This document shows positions 1 through 8,884 of a DNA stretch of 30,560 nt, in pieces. Positions within the stretch are counted from its first letter, which is position 1, and each line of letters opens with the position of its first letter. The position numbers and the translations under genes were made by a program. Source of the stretch: Candidatus Baldrarchaeum yapensis (GTDB lineage: Archaea; Asgardarchaeota; Baldrarchaeia; Baldrarchaeales; Baldrarchaeaceae); assembly GCA_016840465.1 (NCBI GenBank), contig JAEOSH010000020.1:1-30560 (forward strand). Direction: 5' to 3'. The notes under the pieces are model-generated. The model was given only the letters and a program-made list of their open reading frames with translations, ran no database searches and was not told the DNA's origin.

Positions 1-249
1 TTCTTTTAAACGACGTAAACTTTAAATTACCGCAGTTAATACTTAATCTCCTCAATCCATTAAAAACATCCACCAATTTGTGAAAAGTCACGAGAAGTAC
101 TATGCGCTAAATTGCTTTTTCATTTCCCTGCAGAAGAGCCCCCAACATTGCTCCGATATTCTTGAAAACGCCATGTTAGAATGACATTGTGAACTTCTAA
201 TTGTATAACAACCGTCAACTTTTTTTCCTATTGTTACATAGATTGGAAC

Positions 250-879
250 ATGAAACTGATGACGAAGTATTTGCTCTCAAGATACGGCGGGAAAGTTGCG
301 ACCAAAACCGAACTCATCGCACTCTGTAACAGGTTTAACGTGAATCCGAATTACTTTGTGAACTACATCATTAGGTACGGTTACGCGATTAGAATATTAA
401 GAGGCCTGTACTACGTTAAAACCGTAGAAGAGTTCAAGCTTGGGAGAATTGTCAACCCTCTAAGAGTTTTGGCCTTGGGAATGGAGAGGCTTGGCGTTAA
501 ATGGTACTTCGGTCTCTATACAGCACTTAGACTTAATGGAGTTACTCATGAATACTATGACGTGATTTTCGTATTAAGCAACTCCATCTACAGGCCCAAA
601 ATCATCAAAGTTGCGGGAGAAAATGTAAAATTCATCAAGATAAATCCAAGTTTGGTGGTATTCGGTCTCGTGCGAAAAGATGAAATTGTATGCTCAGATC
701 TCGAGAAAACAGTCCTTGACTTTATATACCTCTCAAGGTACGGCTCCCTTTCCAGAGATAGCGCGATAGCGGTGCTTAGGGAATACGCAGATATGTTAAA
801 TAGAGGAAAACTTGACGAATACGTCAGCCACTACCCTAAGACTGTAAGGAGAGTACTGGTGGATGAAGGAATACTCTGA
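250..879 (+). CDS. abiEi: Type IV toxin-antitoxin antitoxin, AbiEi family (N-terminal wHTH transcriptional regulator)
   Basis: 209 aa. YFGLYTALRLNG and SDLEKTVLD segments match the AbiEi/COG5340 pattern. Overlaps the downstream AbiEii-like gene by 17 nt. Confidence 0.8.
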   Translation: MKLMTKYLLSRYGGKVATKTELIALCNRFNVNPNYFVNYIIRYGYAIRILRGLYYVKTVEEFKLGRIVNPLRVLALGMERLGVKWYFGLYTALRLNGVTHEYYDVIFVLSNSIYRPKIIKVAGENVKFIKINPSLVVFGLVRKDEIVCSDLEKTVLDFIYLSRYGSLSRDSAIAVLREYADMLNRGKLDEYVSHYPKTVRRVLVDEGIL

Positions 880-1789
880 GTTCGTTCGGTTCGTAATAGA
901 AAAGACGGGGATCAAAAAGCCATTGCTTATCGAGAAAGACATATTATTACATGCATTACTCCATAGGCTGATCAAAAACCGCGAATTCGGAGAAAATTAC
1001 GTGTTCAAGGGAGGATCGTGCCTAGTAAAATGCTACTTCGGCTATTACAGATTTAGTGTTGACCTCGATTTCACCTACTTACGTCAAGAAAGGTGGGAAA
1101 ACCTGACAAAATCCGAAAGAAGGAGAGAACTTGTTTCGGAAGCCGAGTACTTATCTTCACTAATTAAGAACGCATCAAGAGACCTCGGGCTCGAGTTCAT
1201 AGCGGACCTCAGAAATAATAGATTTGTCGAGTTCAGCAGTGGATCTAGGCTCATCACATATAAACTCTACCACCGAGGTGAACTTCTTAAAATTCAGGTG
1301 AACTTGGTCGAGACGTTACTATTTAAACCACAAAGACGTGAAGTTAATCACCTTCTCAGGGATATTAACATAACAGACGAAGAGAGAGCCTATTTTAAGG
1401 AATTTCTAGAGGAATATTGCGAGTTCGAAGTGTTAGCCTATGACTTGAGAGAAATACTTTGCGAAAAGGTAAGAGCGATACTTACTAGAAGAGTACAGAA
1501 GTTAAGAGACCTCTACGACCTTTATATGCTCGAGAAGAGGGGGCTAAGAATCGAGGACTACGAGAAGGAAATAGCACGTAAGCTCAGGCCGGCGCTAAGG
1601 TACAGGAGATATAGAGAGGCCTTTGAGAGAAACAAAAAGGAATTCAGAATCCCTCCAGAGCTAGTAGCGGATAACTATGAGTCTTCACTATTCGTGAAAC
1701 GGCCAAACATGGAGGAGTTCGGAGGTTTCTTGGCTCAGATAAGCAAAAAGTTAAGAAAGTTAATAAATGAAATCAATTTTTTTAGATAA
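863..1789 (+). CDS. abiEii: Type IV toxin-antitoxin toxin, AbiEii/AbiGii nucleotidyltransferase
   Basis: 308 aa. Motifs EKD, FKGGSCL..CY..YYRFSVDLDF, EK.RA and RDLYD are characteristic of the AbiEii family. Paired with the upstream antitoxin. Confidence 0.87.
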   Translation: MKEYSEFVRFVIEKTGIKKPLLIEKDILLHALLHRLIKNREFGENYVFKGGSCLVKCYFGYYRFSVDLDFTYLRQERWENLTKSERRRELVSEAEYLSSLIKNASRDLGLEFIADLRNNRFVEFSSGSRLITYKLYHRGELLKIQVNLVETLLFKPQRREVNHLLRDINITDEERAYFKEFLEEYCEFEVLAYDLREILCEKVRAILTRRVQKLRDLYDLYMLEKRGLRIEDYEKEIARKLRPALRYRRYREAFERNKKEFRIPPELVADNYESSLFVKRPNMEEFGGFLAQISKKLRKLINEINFFR

Positions 1790-1919
1790 TATTTGGTTAT
1801 CGCGTGAAAACAACAATATAGTACTCATCCCAAACATTTACACCACGAACATGAATATAGTCTCAAAATTAACGCGAATAGATTGAAAGTTCAAACTCTT
1901 GGAAGCCCTCATCACATTA

Positions 1920-1941
1920 TCGCAAAAGCGGAGTTTTGCGA
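1920..1941. other. Perfect 8-bp inverted repeat/hairpin between convergent genes
   Basis: TCGCAAAA-GCGGAG-TTTTGCGA, read directly. Function (terminator or protein-binding site) is unknown. Confidence 0.35.
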
Positions 1942-2067
1942 CAGGTAATGTCATGAAAAATCCTATTGCCGCATCACGATGCTACACGATGATATATTAT
2001 CTAGCGCGACTCGGTAAAAATTTAGGATCATTATTCATTAAGTTCCATCATGTCGTAGGAGGAATTA

Positions 2068-2817
2068 TTATCCCGTGGATTCATTGACTTTGCTCTTTAT
2101 ACTCTTATCAACTTGATTTTTAAGCTTATTTACGAATTCTTCCACTCTTTTGTGCCATTTTTCGAATTCTTCTTCCACTTCTTCTTTAGGATACTTGCCG
2201 GATAAAAGTTCTCGATGTGCAATTTGTTTATGAAAGTTCTGAACTCAGACCTGTAGGGTTCTGGAAGCATCCTTCTGATAATGCCCCATCTTGAGACTTC
2301 TGTTGAGAGGTAGCTCATTGCAGCTATGCGGGCTGCGTGGAGGAGGGCATCGAACGCATCCCTAATAAGTCTATCCCTATCGAGAGGTTCCTTTGTCTCC
2401 AGTGCGAGTTTTAAGAGGAGCGCTGCGACGCGCAACAAGGGCATGGCCTCATCGAATGTCGGATCTCCGAGTCTTTTGGCGAACGCAAGCAAGTACCTCC
2501 CATCGCCGTAAAGTATTCTAAATGATCCCAGCACACCTCTCAGGAGTTTCTCATTGGGAGTTCCATCGGGTTCTGCCACGATCACGTCCATGTCGACCGG
2601 CAGGTCTTCAGAGTACACGGCATCTAAGTAGCCGTCGTAGTCCTTGATTTTTCTAGTGATATTAGGATGTCGATGTCCTTGGACAGGTCGGTGCGTATAC
2701 GGATGAGCCGAACTGCACGATCTCTACGATGTCAGGGTCGTACTCTAGTAGTTTCTTGCAGATGATCCTCAATGCGGTATCATATTTATGGCGATCCTCC
2801 AAGTTGATGAACCTCAT
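2068..2817 (-). pseudogene. Frameshifted minimal nucleotidyltransferase (MNT)-HEPN/PaREP1-like fusion
   Basis: Manual reconstruction: MRFINLEDRHKYDTALRIICKKLLEYDPDIVEIVQFGSSVYAP /fs ~2690/ DLSKDIDILI /fs ~2660/ TRKIKDYDGYLDAVYSEDLPVDMDVIV...AFDALLHAARIAAMSYL...KLHIENFY /fs ~2200/ GKYPKEEVEEEFEKWHKRVEEFVNKL...STG*. It carries the GS...DxD nucleotidyltransferase motif and a helical HEPN-like C-terminus, with three -1 frameshifts. The track ORF 2130..2618 is the middle piece. Confidence 0.72.
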
Positions 2818-2930
2818 ATGATCCTTTCAGCTATCTCCTCTATAGTATTACGATTCTCCGGATCCTTGCCGCCTACACAACTCTTCATCAACAAAATTAC
2901 ATCTATACTAAGACGTGTAAAAGGTCGACG

Positions 2931-2945
2931 GAAAAACATTTAAAT
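2931..2945 (+). promoter_or_regulatory. Putative archaeal BRE/TATA promoter of the SCP2-acyl-CoA dehydrogenase operon
   Basis: GAAAAAC-ATTTAAAT about 65 nt upstream of the start codon. Confidence 0.35.
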
Positions 2946-3011
2946 TCGCAGAATCGGTATTATTACTAAAACGATGGACGTATCTTCTTTTCCGTTTATG
3001 AGGGGATGGAA

Positions 3012-3629
3012 ATGCCGGTGGTTTACCCATCTAAGGAGTGGATGGACGAGTTATTGAAAACTGTCAACTCGGACGAGAAGTACAAGCAGGTTGCGGCAAG
3101 ATGGGAGGGAGACTTCCTATGCATAGTGGAGGTTGACGAGGAGGCGCTTAAGGACTTCAGCAAACCTAAGGTCATGGCGGGTCTCCTCAGCATGCTAGAT
3201 ACGATACCCAAGGAAAAGAGACTGAAGTTCAGGGGAACTCTCATTGGCGACTTCATAGAAAAGAAGTTGGGCGTTCCAGTAGATGCTGACATAAGTTCGC
3301 TGAACCCCGAAGAACTGGCAAAGAAGGTTTCGGAGGTGAAGCCCGAAGAGGTGAAGGGCGCAACACTCAACATCTGGATGGACTTCTGGCATGGGGAACT
3401 GAGGAAAATAGAGGTTGCAGTTCCTGGGGAACATGAGGACGCGAGGTTCAAACTCATAGGACCGTACTCTGTGTACAAGGAAATGGTGAGAGGGAAGACG
3501 GACGCGATAAGCCTTGTGATGCGCGGAAAACTCAAACTGGAGGGAGATCTGAGTTATATGATGAGGAACATGGCGGCGATAAGGAGATTTGCCGAGTTGA
3601 TGGGATCGATTCCAATAGAGGAGGTTTAA
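3012..3629 (+). CDS. SCP2 sterol/lipid-binding domain protein with a ~70-aa internal insertion
   Basis: N-terminal YPSKEWMDEL...N.DEKY...A..WEGDF and C-terminal FKLIGPYSVY..MV.GK.DAI..VM.GKLKLEGDL.YMMRN match SCP2. ATG 3012 preferred (GAGGGG SD, 6-nt spacing); the track start is 3006. Confidence 0.75.
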   Translation: MPVVYPSKEWMDELLKTVNSDEKYKQVAARWEGDFLCIVEVDEEALKDFSKPKVMAGLLSMLDTIPKEKRLKFRGTLIGDFIEKKLGVPVDADISSLNPEELAKKVSEVKPEEVKGATLNIWMDFWHGELRKIEVAVPGEHEDARFKLIGPYSVYKEMVRGKTDAISLVMRGKLKLEGDLSYMMRNMAAIRRFAELMGSIPIEEV

Positions 3630-3647
3630 TTTTCGAGGGTGTACGAA

Positions 3648-4946
3648 ATGAAGTTTTTAGATCTTGATGAACTCAGCGAAGAGGATAAGTTGCTAAGAGA
3701 GGAGGTCCACAGATTCGCGAAGGAAGTAATGAGGCCCGCATCGATAGAACTCGACAGGATGCCACCGGAGGAGAGAATAAAGTCCGACTCTCCATTCTTT
3801 AAGGTTATAAAGAAGATGAAGGAATTAGGATACCACAAACTCCATGTGCCGCCCGATTTGGGAGGCCCCGATCTGACGCCACTACAGAGATACATTGTGA
3901 TGGAAGAACTCGGGTGGGGGAGCCTCGGCCTCGCAACAGCAATAGGGGTCGACATGATACCATTCACATGCGCCGCGCTTTTCGGATCAGATGAGATTAA
4001 GGAGGAATTGGTTAAACCTTGGATGGAGGACACAAAAGGAGAATACAGAGGGTGCTGGGGAGTCACCGAGCCTGAGCACGGTAGCGACTATTTGATGGTG
4101 CTCAGGGACGAAGATCATCTGAAGTACGGGAAGGGAAACGTCGTTGCTGAAAAGGACGGAGATGAATGGGTGATAAGTGGGCAGAAGTCGGCGTGGGTTT
4201 CCGCGGCCCCTGTTGCCACGCACTGTGGATTGCACGCGCAGGTAAAGGGGGCAAAGAGTCTTGTAAATGGGCTTTTCTGCGTGGTTCCACTGAATGCCGA
4301 GGGCGTGAGGAGAGGAAAACCCGTGGATATGCTCGGCATGAGAGATTGCCCACAGGGAGAGTTATTCTTCGACGATGTGAGGATTCCCGACCATTATGTC
4401 ATAGTTGCTCCTACGCCCTTCTACGGGGTGTTTTGTGATCAAGTTCTGTGCCTGACAAGTTGCGCAATGGGAGCGTTCTCCGTGGGGCTTGCGAGGGCGG
4501 CGTTTGAGGAGGCGCTGAATTACGCGCGGGAGAGGGTGCAGGGCGGGGTTCCCTTGGTGAAACACAAGAACATAAAGCTGAAGCTTTACGAGATGTTCGA
4601 GAAGGTCGAGACGGCACGGTATTATGTGAGGAAGGCCATTGAGTACACACATAAGAAAACACTTGAGCAAAAGACTTTCGATGCGTCACCGAGGCACGCG
4701 AGATTGGCTCAAATATACGCGAAGAGAATAGCTTTCGAGGTTGCAAATGATGCGTTGCAGATATTTGGTGCATACGGTCTCAGCAAGGAGTTCATAATTG
4801 AAAAGTTGTTCAGGGATGCGCGGGCGCTCCAGATAGAAGATGGAACCGTGGAGGTGCTGAGCCTAGAGGCCGCCGAGGATATAATTCTGAACTATGAGAA
4901 GGACTACTACGACGCGGATGTGATCTACAAAAAGTATGAGGAGTAG
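3648..4946 (+). CDS. Acyl-CoA dehydrogenase family protein (atypical IEDGT active-site motif)
   Basis: Motifs WGVTEPEHGSD, W.ISGQKSAWVS, GMR.CPQGELFFDDVRIP, R.QGG.P, QIFGAYG and KLFRDAR. ATG 3648 follows a GAGGGTG SD; GTG 3639 is an alternative start. Confidence 0.95.
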   Translation: MKFLDLDELSEEDKLLREEVHRFAKEVMRPASIELDRMPPEERIKSDSPFFKVIKKMKELGYHKLHVPPDLGGPDLTPLQRYIVMEELGWGSLGLATAIGVDMIPFTCAALFGSDEIKEELVKPWMEDTKGEYRGCWGVTEPEHGSDYLMVLRDEDHLKYGKGNVVAEKDGDEWVISGQKSAWVSAAPVATHCGLHAQVKGAKSLVNGLFCVVPLNAEGVRRGKPVDMLGMRDCPQGELFFDDVRIPDHYVIVAPTPFYGVFCDQVLCLTSCAMGAFSVGLARAAFEEALNYARERVQGGVPLVKHKNIKLKLYEMFEKVETARYYVRKAIEYTHKKTLEQKTFDASPRHARLAQIYAKRIAFEVANDALQIFGAYGLSKEFIIEKLFRDARALQIEDGTVEVLSLEAAEDIILNYEKDYYDADVIYKKYEE

Positions 4947-4957
4947 ATGGCCCGCCC

Positions 4958-6061
4958 TCACCTTATGTATTTTTGAGGCAGGCTCTTGATTATCTCTTCC
5001 GCCTCCCTAACTATGCGCTCTATAAGTTCCTTGACCGTCGGGAGGTCATCTATATTGCCTGAAACTTCTCCGGCAAGTATAGGCCCCGCTTCGGGGTCTC
5101 CGCCTACGTAGGACGCTTCCCACTTCTTGGGATCGTTCTTGAACCTTATGAACTCCGGATCCGTCTCCCTCCTTCCCTCCTCCAACATCTTAAGAACCTG
5201 TTTCGCGAAGGTGTTTTTAAGCACTCTAACAGGCCCGAAGACTCCGGGAATCACGACAGTATCTCTTTCAGAGGCCCTCAGAATAGCCATCTTGTATCCT
5301 TCGGAGAAGTCGCTCTCCTTTGTCGCAATAAACCTTGTCCCCATATATATGCCGTCGGCGCCCATAGCAAGTGCGGCAGCTAATCCACGCCCGTCGCACC
5401 ACCCACCAGCGGAGAGCACGGGAACTTCTCCCTTTGTGAGTTTTACTATCGCTGGAACGAGGACACTTGTATGAACCGGGTCGTATGCGACATGACCACC
5501 CGCTTCGTGGCCTGAGGCCACCAGTCCATCCACACCTGCATCAAGAGCCTTCTTCGCATGATATACTGAGGGCACTACATGAAAAACTATGAGCCCGGCG
5601 TCCTTTAGTTTCTTAGTGAACCTCCTGGGGTCACCAGCGGACGTGAATATAACTTTAAGTTGTCTTCTGGCCTTATCGTTTGTTTCCAATTCCTCGATTA
5701 TCATGTCGATCAGATAAGGTGCGTCAACCTCCTCCCTCGCGACCCGCACATTTATTCCTATCGGCTTATCCGTGAGTTCGAGCACCTTTCGCAATTCCGA
5801 GATGGGATCCCTTATGTGGGTTTCTAGGCCCTCAACATCTATGTCCGGCAACATCCCTGTCGCCTTTGCAACCTCGTAGAGTTGGGGCGCTTTTTCCTTC
5901 AATATTTTGCCCACTCCCGAGTGGCTTATTACGCCCAGCCCTCCCGCATTGGAGACGGCGGCGCACAGCTTAGTGGTTACAAATGGTCCCATTGGCGCCT
6001 GCACTATCGGATACTTTATCCCGAAAAGATCACAGATGCGGGTCCATATCATTCCCATCAC
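4958..6061 (-). CDS. Nitronate monooxygenase / FabK-like FMN-dependent oxidoreductase
   Basis: Motifs IKYPIVQAPM, AVSNAGGLG, GHEAGGH, AGGWCDGRGLAAALAMGADGIYMGTRF and AGEVSGNI. The start could be 6058 or 6052. Confidence 0.87.
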   Translation of the reverse strand: MMGMIWTRICDLFGIKYPIVQAPMGPFVTTKLCAAVSNAGGLGVISHSGVGKILKEKAPQLYEVAKATGMLPDIDVEGLETHIRDPISELRKVLELTDKPIGINVRVAREEVDAPYLIDMIIEELETNDKARRQLKVIFTSAGDPRRFTKKLKDAGLIVFHVVPSVYHAKKALDAGVDGLVASGHEAGGHVAYDPVHTSVLVPAIVKLTKGEVPVLSAGGWCDGRGLAAALAMGADGIYMGTRFIATKESDFSEGYKMAILRASERDTVVIPGVFGPVRVLKNTFAKQVLKMLEEGRRETDPEFIRFKNDPKKWEASYVGGDPEAGPILAGEVSGNIDDLPTVKELIERIVREAEEIIKSLPQKYIR

Positions 6062-6124
6062 CCGATCTTACAAAAGGCACCTCTCTCACGAACGACTATA
6101 CATGTTGCTTAATGAAGAAAGATG

Positions 6125-6146
6125 ACTAAAGCTTATAATTTTTAGT
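6125..6146 (-). promoter_or_regulatory. TATA box (TTATAA) bracketed by a 6-bp inverted repeat upstream of the NMO/FabK-like gene
   Basis: ACTAAA-GCTTATAATT-TTTAGT. The minus strand reads AAAAATTATAAG, about 70 nt before the start. Confidence 0.4.
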
Positions 6147-6214
6147 ACTCACATGTGACAATCGCCAAGAGGCGCCCTGTAATCCCCTTATTCGCGATGT
6201 GGCTTCTGATAGGC

Positions 6215-7519
6215 TCAAGATTTACCTGCTGGGAAGATGGAGCCGTATTTTGCTATATTCTCTCTCAATTCCGTGAAAGGCGGTATGCAGAATCCCTCGG
6301 ATATTGCTCGAGCCCTGAGTTTGCTTATAAGCGCGGGCCAATCTATCGCGACCGCACATATCTCCCTACATGATCCGCATTGAAGGCAGAAGAATAGACC
6401 ATTTCTAACCGCAGCTTCAATGCCTTCGCTAAACGCGGAGTGCACAATTCCCCAGGCGACCGGGTACTTCTTCCATCCGAAGTACCAACAAAGGTTTCCA
6501 TAGACTGGGCAACTCAGAAGGCAGTTTCCGCAGTGAATGCAGTAAAGGGCCTCTTCAAACCCCTCATTTAGCATCTTCCACCTCCCGTTATCGATAAACA
6601 GTACATGCACTTTCCGTGGTCCGTGAACTCCAACCGCCCTGACTCCCTGTAGGTCTGCGGACCAACTTGGTCCTCGTATCATGGAAACGTAGGTTGCGAG
6701 TACCCTCTCGGGAAGGACAAACTTGCTCAGGGCGTAAACTATTGTTAGGGAATCCTGTAGGGTGGGCGCCACCTTTTCTATCCCCGCGACGATCAAGTGC
6801 CTCTCGGGGAGATTTGTAACGTGTCTGATGTTTCCTTCATTTTCGACTATCCATACCACGCCTTCATCCGCACTTATGGAATTCGCTCCACTGATTCCGA
6901 CATCCGCCTCTATGAAATATCTTCTCAGCGAACGTCTGGCCGCCGCAAGTATGGAGTCAAATGTAGGGCGCACAGGTTCTCCTACCTCCCTTGAGAAGAC
7001 ATCCGCTATTTCCTTTAAGGGTATGTGAGCAGAGGGAGCCATGGGGTGGCTGGGCATCCACCCCTTCGGCTTCAGTAACTGCATGATCCGCTCCCCAAGG
7101 TCGGTCTCCACAACCTTAATACCCTTCTCCTCCAGCATTTCGGGGATCCCAACCTCATCGGCCGTGGTGGTCTTGGATTTTACGACAAGCCTTGCATCCC
7201 CAACGACTTCCTCAGCGTACTTCCTAGCCTCGTCGGCGGTCCTAGCAATAAACACTTCGAAGCCGGCGTTTTCTAGAGATTTTATTGCTCTTTCCAAGTA
7301 TTTGTCCAAGTCAGCTATCGTCCTAACTCTTATCCCCCTCACCTTCTCCCTTAGGCGTCTTGCCTCATCACCAACCATCCACGCTAGGTAGCTTCTCCTC
7401 ACAACTTCCGATGCCATTTGCACCGCGGGTCTGTTCAACCTTATTGCGGGGTCGCGCTCTACGCGTTCCAAGAGTTCTTTGAGTTTTTCGTATAACTGTG
7501 ATGAAGACCGATGCGTCAA
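6215..7519 (-). CDS. LUD-domain / LutB(LldF)-like protein with two [4Fe-4S] motifs
   Basis: Motifs VVKSK, VVETDLGE, ADVGISGAN, ENEGN, VAGIEK, GPS..AD, CIHCGNCLLSCP and CLQCGSCREIC. TTG start preceded by GGAGG. Confidence 0.85.
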   Translation of the reverse strand: MTHRSSSQLYEKLKELLERVERDPAIRLNRPAVQMASEVVRRSYLAWMVGDEARRLREKVRGIRVRTIADLDKYLERAIKSLENAGFEVFIARTADEARKYAEEVVGDARLVVKSKTTTADEVGIPEMLEEKGIKVVETDLGERIMQLLKPKGWMPSHPMAPSAHIPLKEIADVFSREVGEPVRPTFDSILAAARRSLRRYFIEADVGISGANSISADEGVVWIVENEGNIRHVTNLPERHLIVAGIEKVAPTLQDSLTIVYALSKFVLPERVLATYVSMIRGPSWSADLQGVRAVGVHGPRKVHVLFIDNGRWKMLNEGFEEALYCIHCGNCLLSCPVYGNLCWYFGWKKYPVAWGIVHSAFSEGIEAAVRNGLFFCLQCGSCREICAVAIDWPALISKLRARAISEGFCIPPFTELRENIAKYGSIFPAGKS

Positions 7520-7520
7520 G

Positions 7521-8258
7521 TTATTCCTCCCCCAACTCCATTATTCCAAGCGCCGCACATACCACTTGCGATATATCATATACCTTTATTTCATGCTCAA
7601 ACGCGGCAAACGAGATGCTATGGTAGCATGTCGGGCATGCAACGATTATCGCATCGGCCTTTGCGTTCTTCGCCCTAGTGCATATCTGATTACTGATCTT
7701 ATCCGCAAGCGCGGGAAATGATATCCTTATTGGACCGCCGCAACACCATGCGAACTCTCGGGTGTAGCCCTCAATCTCTATAACATTAAGCCCTGGTATT
7801 TGGTTCAGTATGTTACGGGGTGCGTCATAAATCTGAAGATGTCTGCCCAAGTGACATGGATCATGATACCAGCACCTTAATGGCACTTCCTTGGAGAATT
7901 TCACCTTTTTCCGTATAAGCAGATCCGAAATTAGTTCGGTGAGATGAATGGCATTAATTGTCCATTCCTCCACGTACTTTTTGTAATCTTGCCTAAATGT
8001 TTTCGCACACATGGGGCAGGGGGTTATGATCTCCTTAATTCCTGCCTCTGTAAACCTTCTACTGTTGTCTGATGCAACTCTCTTGAAATCCTCGAGAAAC
8101 CCTGTCATCAGCAGTGGCCCCCCGCAGCAAGTCTCATCCTTCAAGCGCTCAAACTCCACTCCAAGTTTTTCTAACAGTTTAATGGTTGCATCTGCAAGTT
8201 CATGATACCTTTGCCTCTCCATACATCCTAGGAATAATAACCTCCCCTCACTGGTCAC
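7521..8258 (-). CDS. Cysteine-rich CCG-domain Fe-S protein (LutA/GlpC/HdrB-D-like)
   Basis: Two CCG repeats: FLGC...ETCCG...PCPMC and YHDPCHLGR...CCGG...ACPTC. The GTG start overlaps the iorB stop by 4 nt. Confidence 0.87.
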   Translation of the reverse strand: MTSEGRLLFLGCMERQRYHELADATIKLLEKLGVEFERLKDETCCGGPLLMTGFLEDFKRVASDNSRRFTEAGIKEIITPCPMCAKTFRQDYKKYVEEWTINAIHLTELISDLLIRKKVKFSKEVPLRCWYHDPCHLGRHLQIYDAPRNILNQIPGLNVIEIEGYTREFAWCCGGPIRISFPALADKISNQICTRAKNAKADAIIVACPTCYHSISFAAFEHEIKVYDISQVVCAALGIMELGEE

Positions 8259-8881
8259 ACTTCTCCCTCCATGAGTTTCATACCGATTCTGATAGCCCTA
8301 ATGTTGTCCTCAGAGAAGCCCATTTCTCTGAGCGTCACCTCAATATCCTCAAAGGAAAGGGGCATCACCCCAAGGGCAAGGGCCACTCCCAGCATTATCA
8401 TGTTCACCTTCGTCAAATCCCCGAACTCGCGTTCCGAAACCGCGCTCGCGTTCACGACTCTGACGTTCGGAGTTATCTTCTTTAGCAAGTTCGCGATAGT
8501 ATCGGTGGGAGGCATCTTCAGTCCGAAGGAACGCGCCCTCGTGGGGAGTATTTGATAGTCGTTTATGAGGACATAGCTTTTACTCGAAATGTATTCTGAA
8601 ACTCTCAGCGCCTCATTACTCTCGAGGCACATCACCATGTCCGCATCCCCCATTGGTATGATGGGTGATAGCGTGCATCTCCGCGGGTCGAACTTCTCAT
8701 CATCTTCCAAAATCACGTATCTAACTGCACTATCGACTGGGCCCTCCCTCTGCGATGCCCCTCTGGTCTCAGTACCCACAACTATGTACCCTTTCCTGAG
8801 ACCGGCTCTTTTCAGAAGGCGTCCTACTGTTATTACTCCCTGTCCTCCCACTCCCGCCACGAGGATGTTGTACTTCTTCAT
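8255..8881 (-). CDS. iorB: Indolepyruvate:ferredoxin oxidoreductase beta subunit
   Basis: Motifs ILVAGVGGQG, ET.GASQREG.V, AD....LE.NEALR and NMIMLG. Lies directly after iorA. Confidence 0.9.
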   Translation of the reverse strand: MKKYNILVAGVGGQGVITVGRLLKRAGLRKGYIVVGTETRGASQREGPVDSAVRYVILEDDEKFDPRRCTLSPIIPMGDADMVMCLESNEALRVSEYISSKSYVLINDYQILPTRARSFGLKMPPTDTIANLLKKITPNVRVVNASAVSEREFGDLTKVNMIMLGVALALGVMPLSFEDIEVTLREMGFSEDNIRAIRIGMKLMEGEV

Positions 8882-8884
8882 GGA

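Noticed and set aside
1899-2087. 62-aa ORF containing ASRCYTMIYYLAR, faintly HEPN-like
   Set aside because: TTG start without an SD, similarity too short to support, and it overlaps the end of the MNT-HEPN pseudogene.
6215-8258. Direct annotation as L-lactate dehydrogenase lutAB
   Set aside because: Family membership is clear, but lutC and a permease are absent and the context is atypical, so the substrate was left open.
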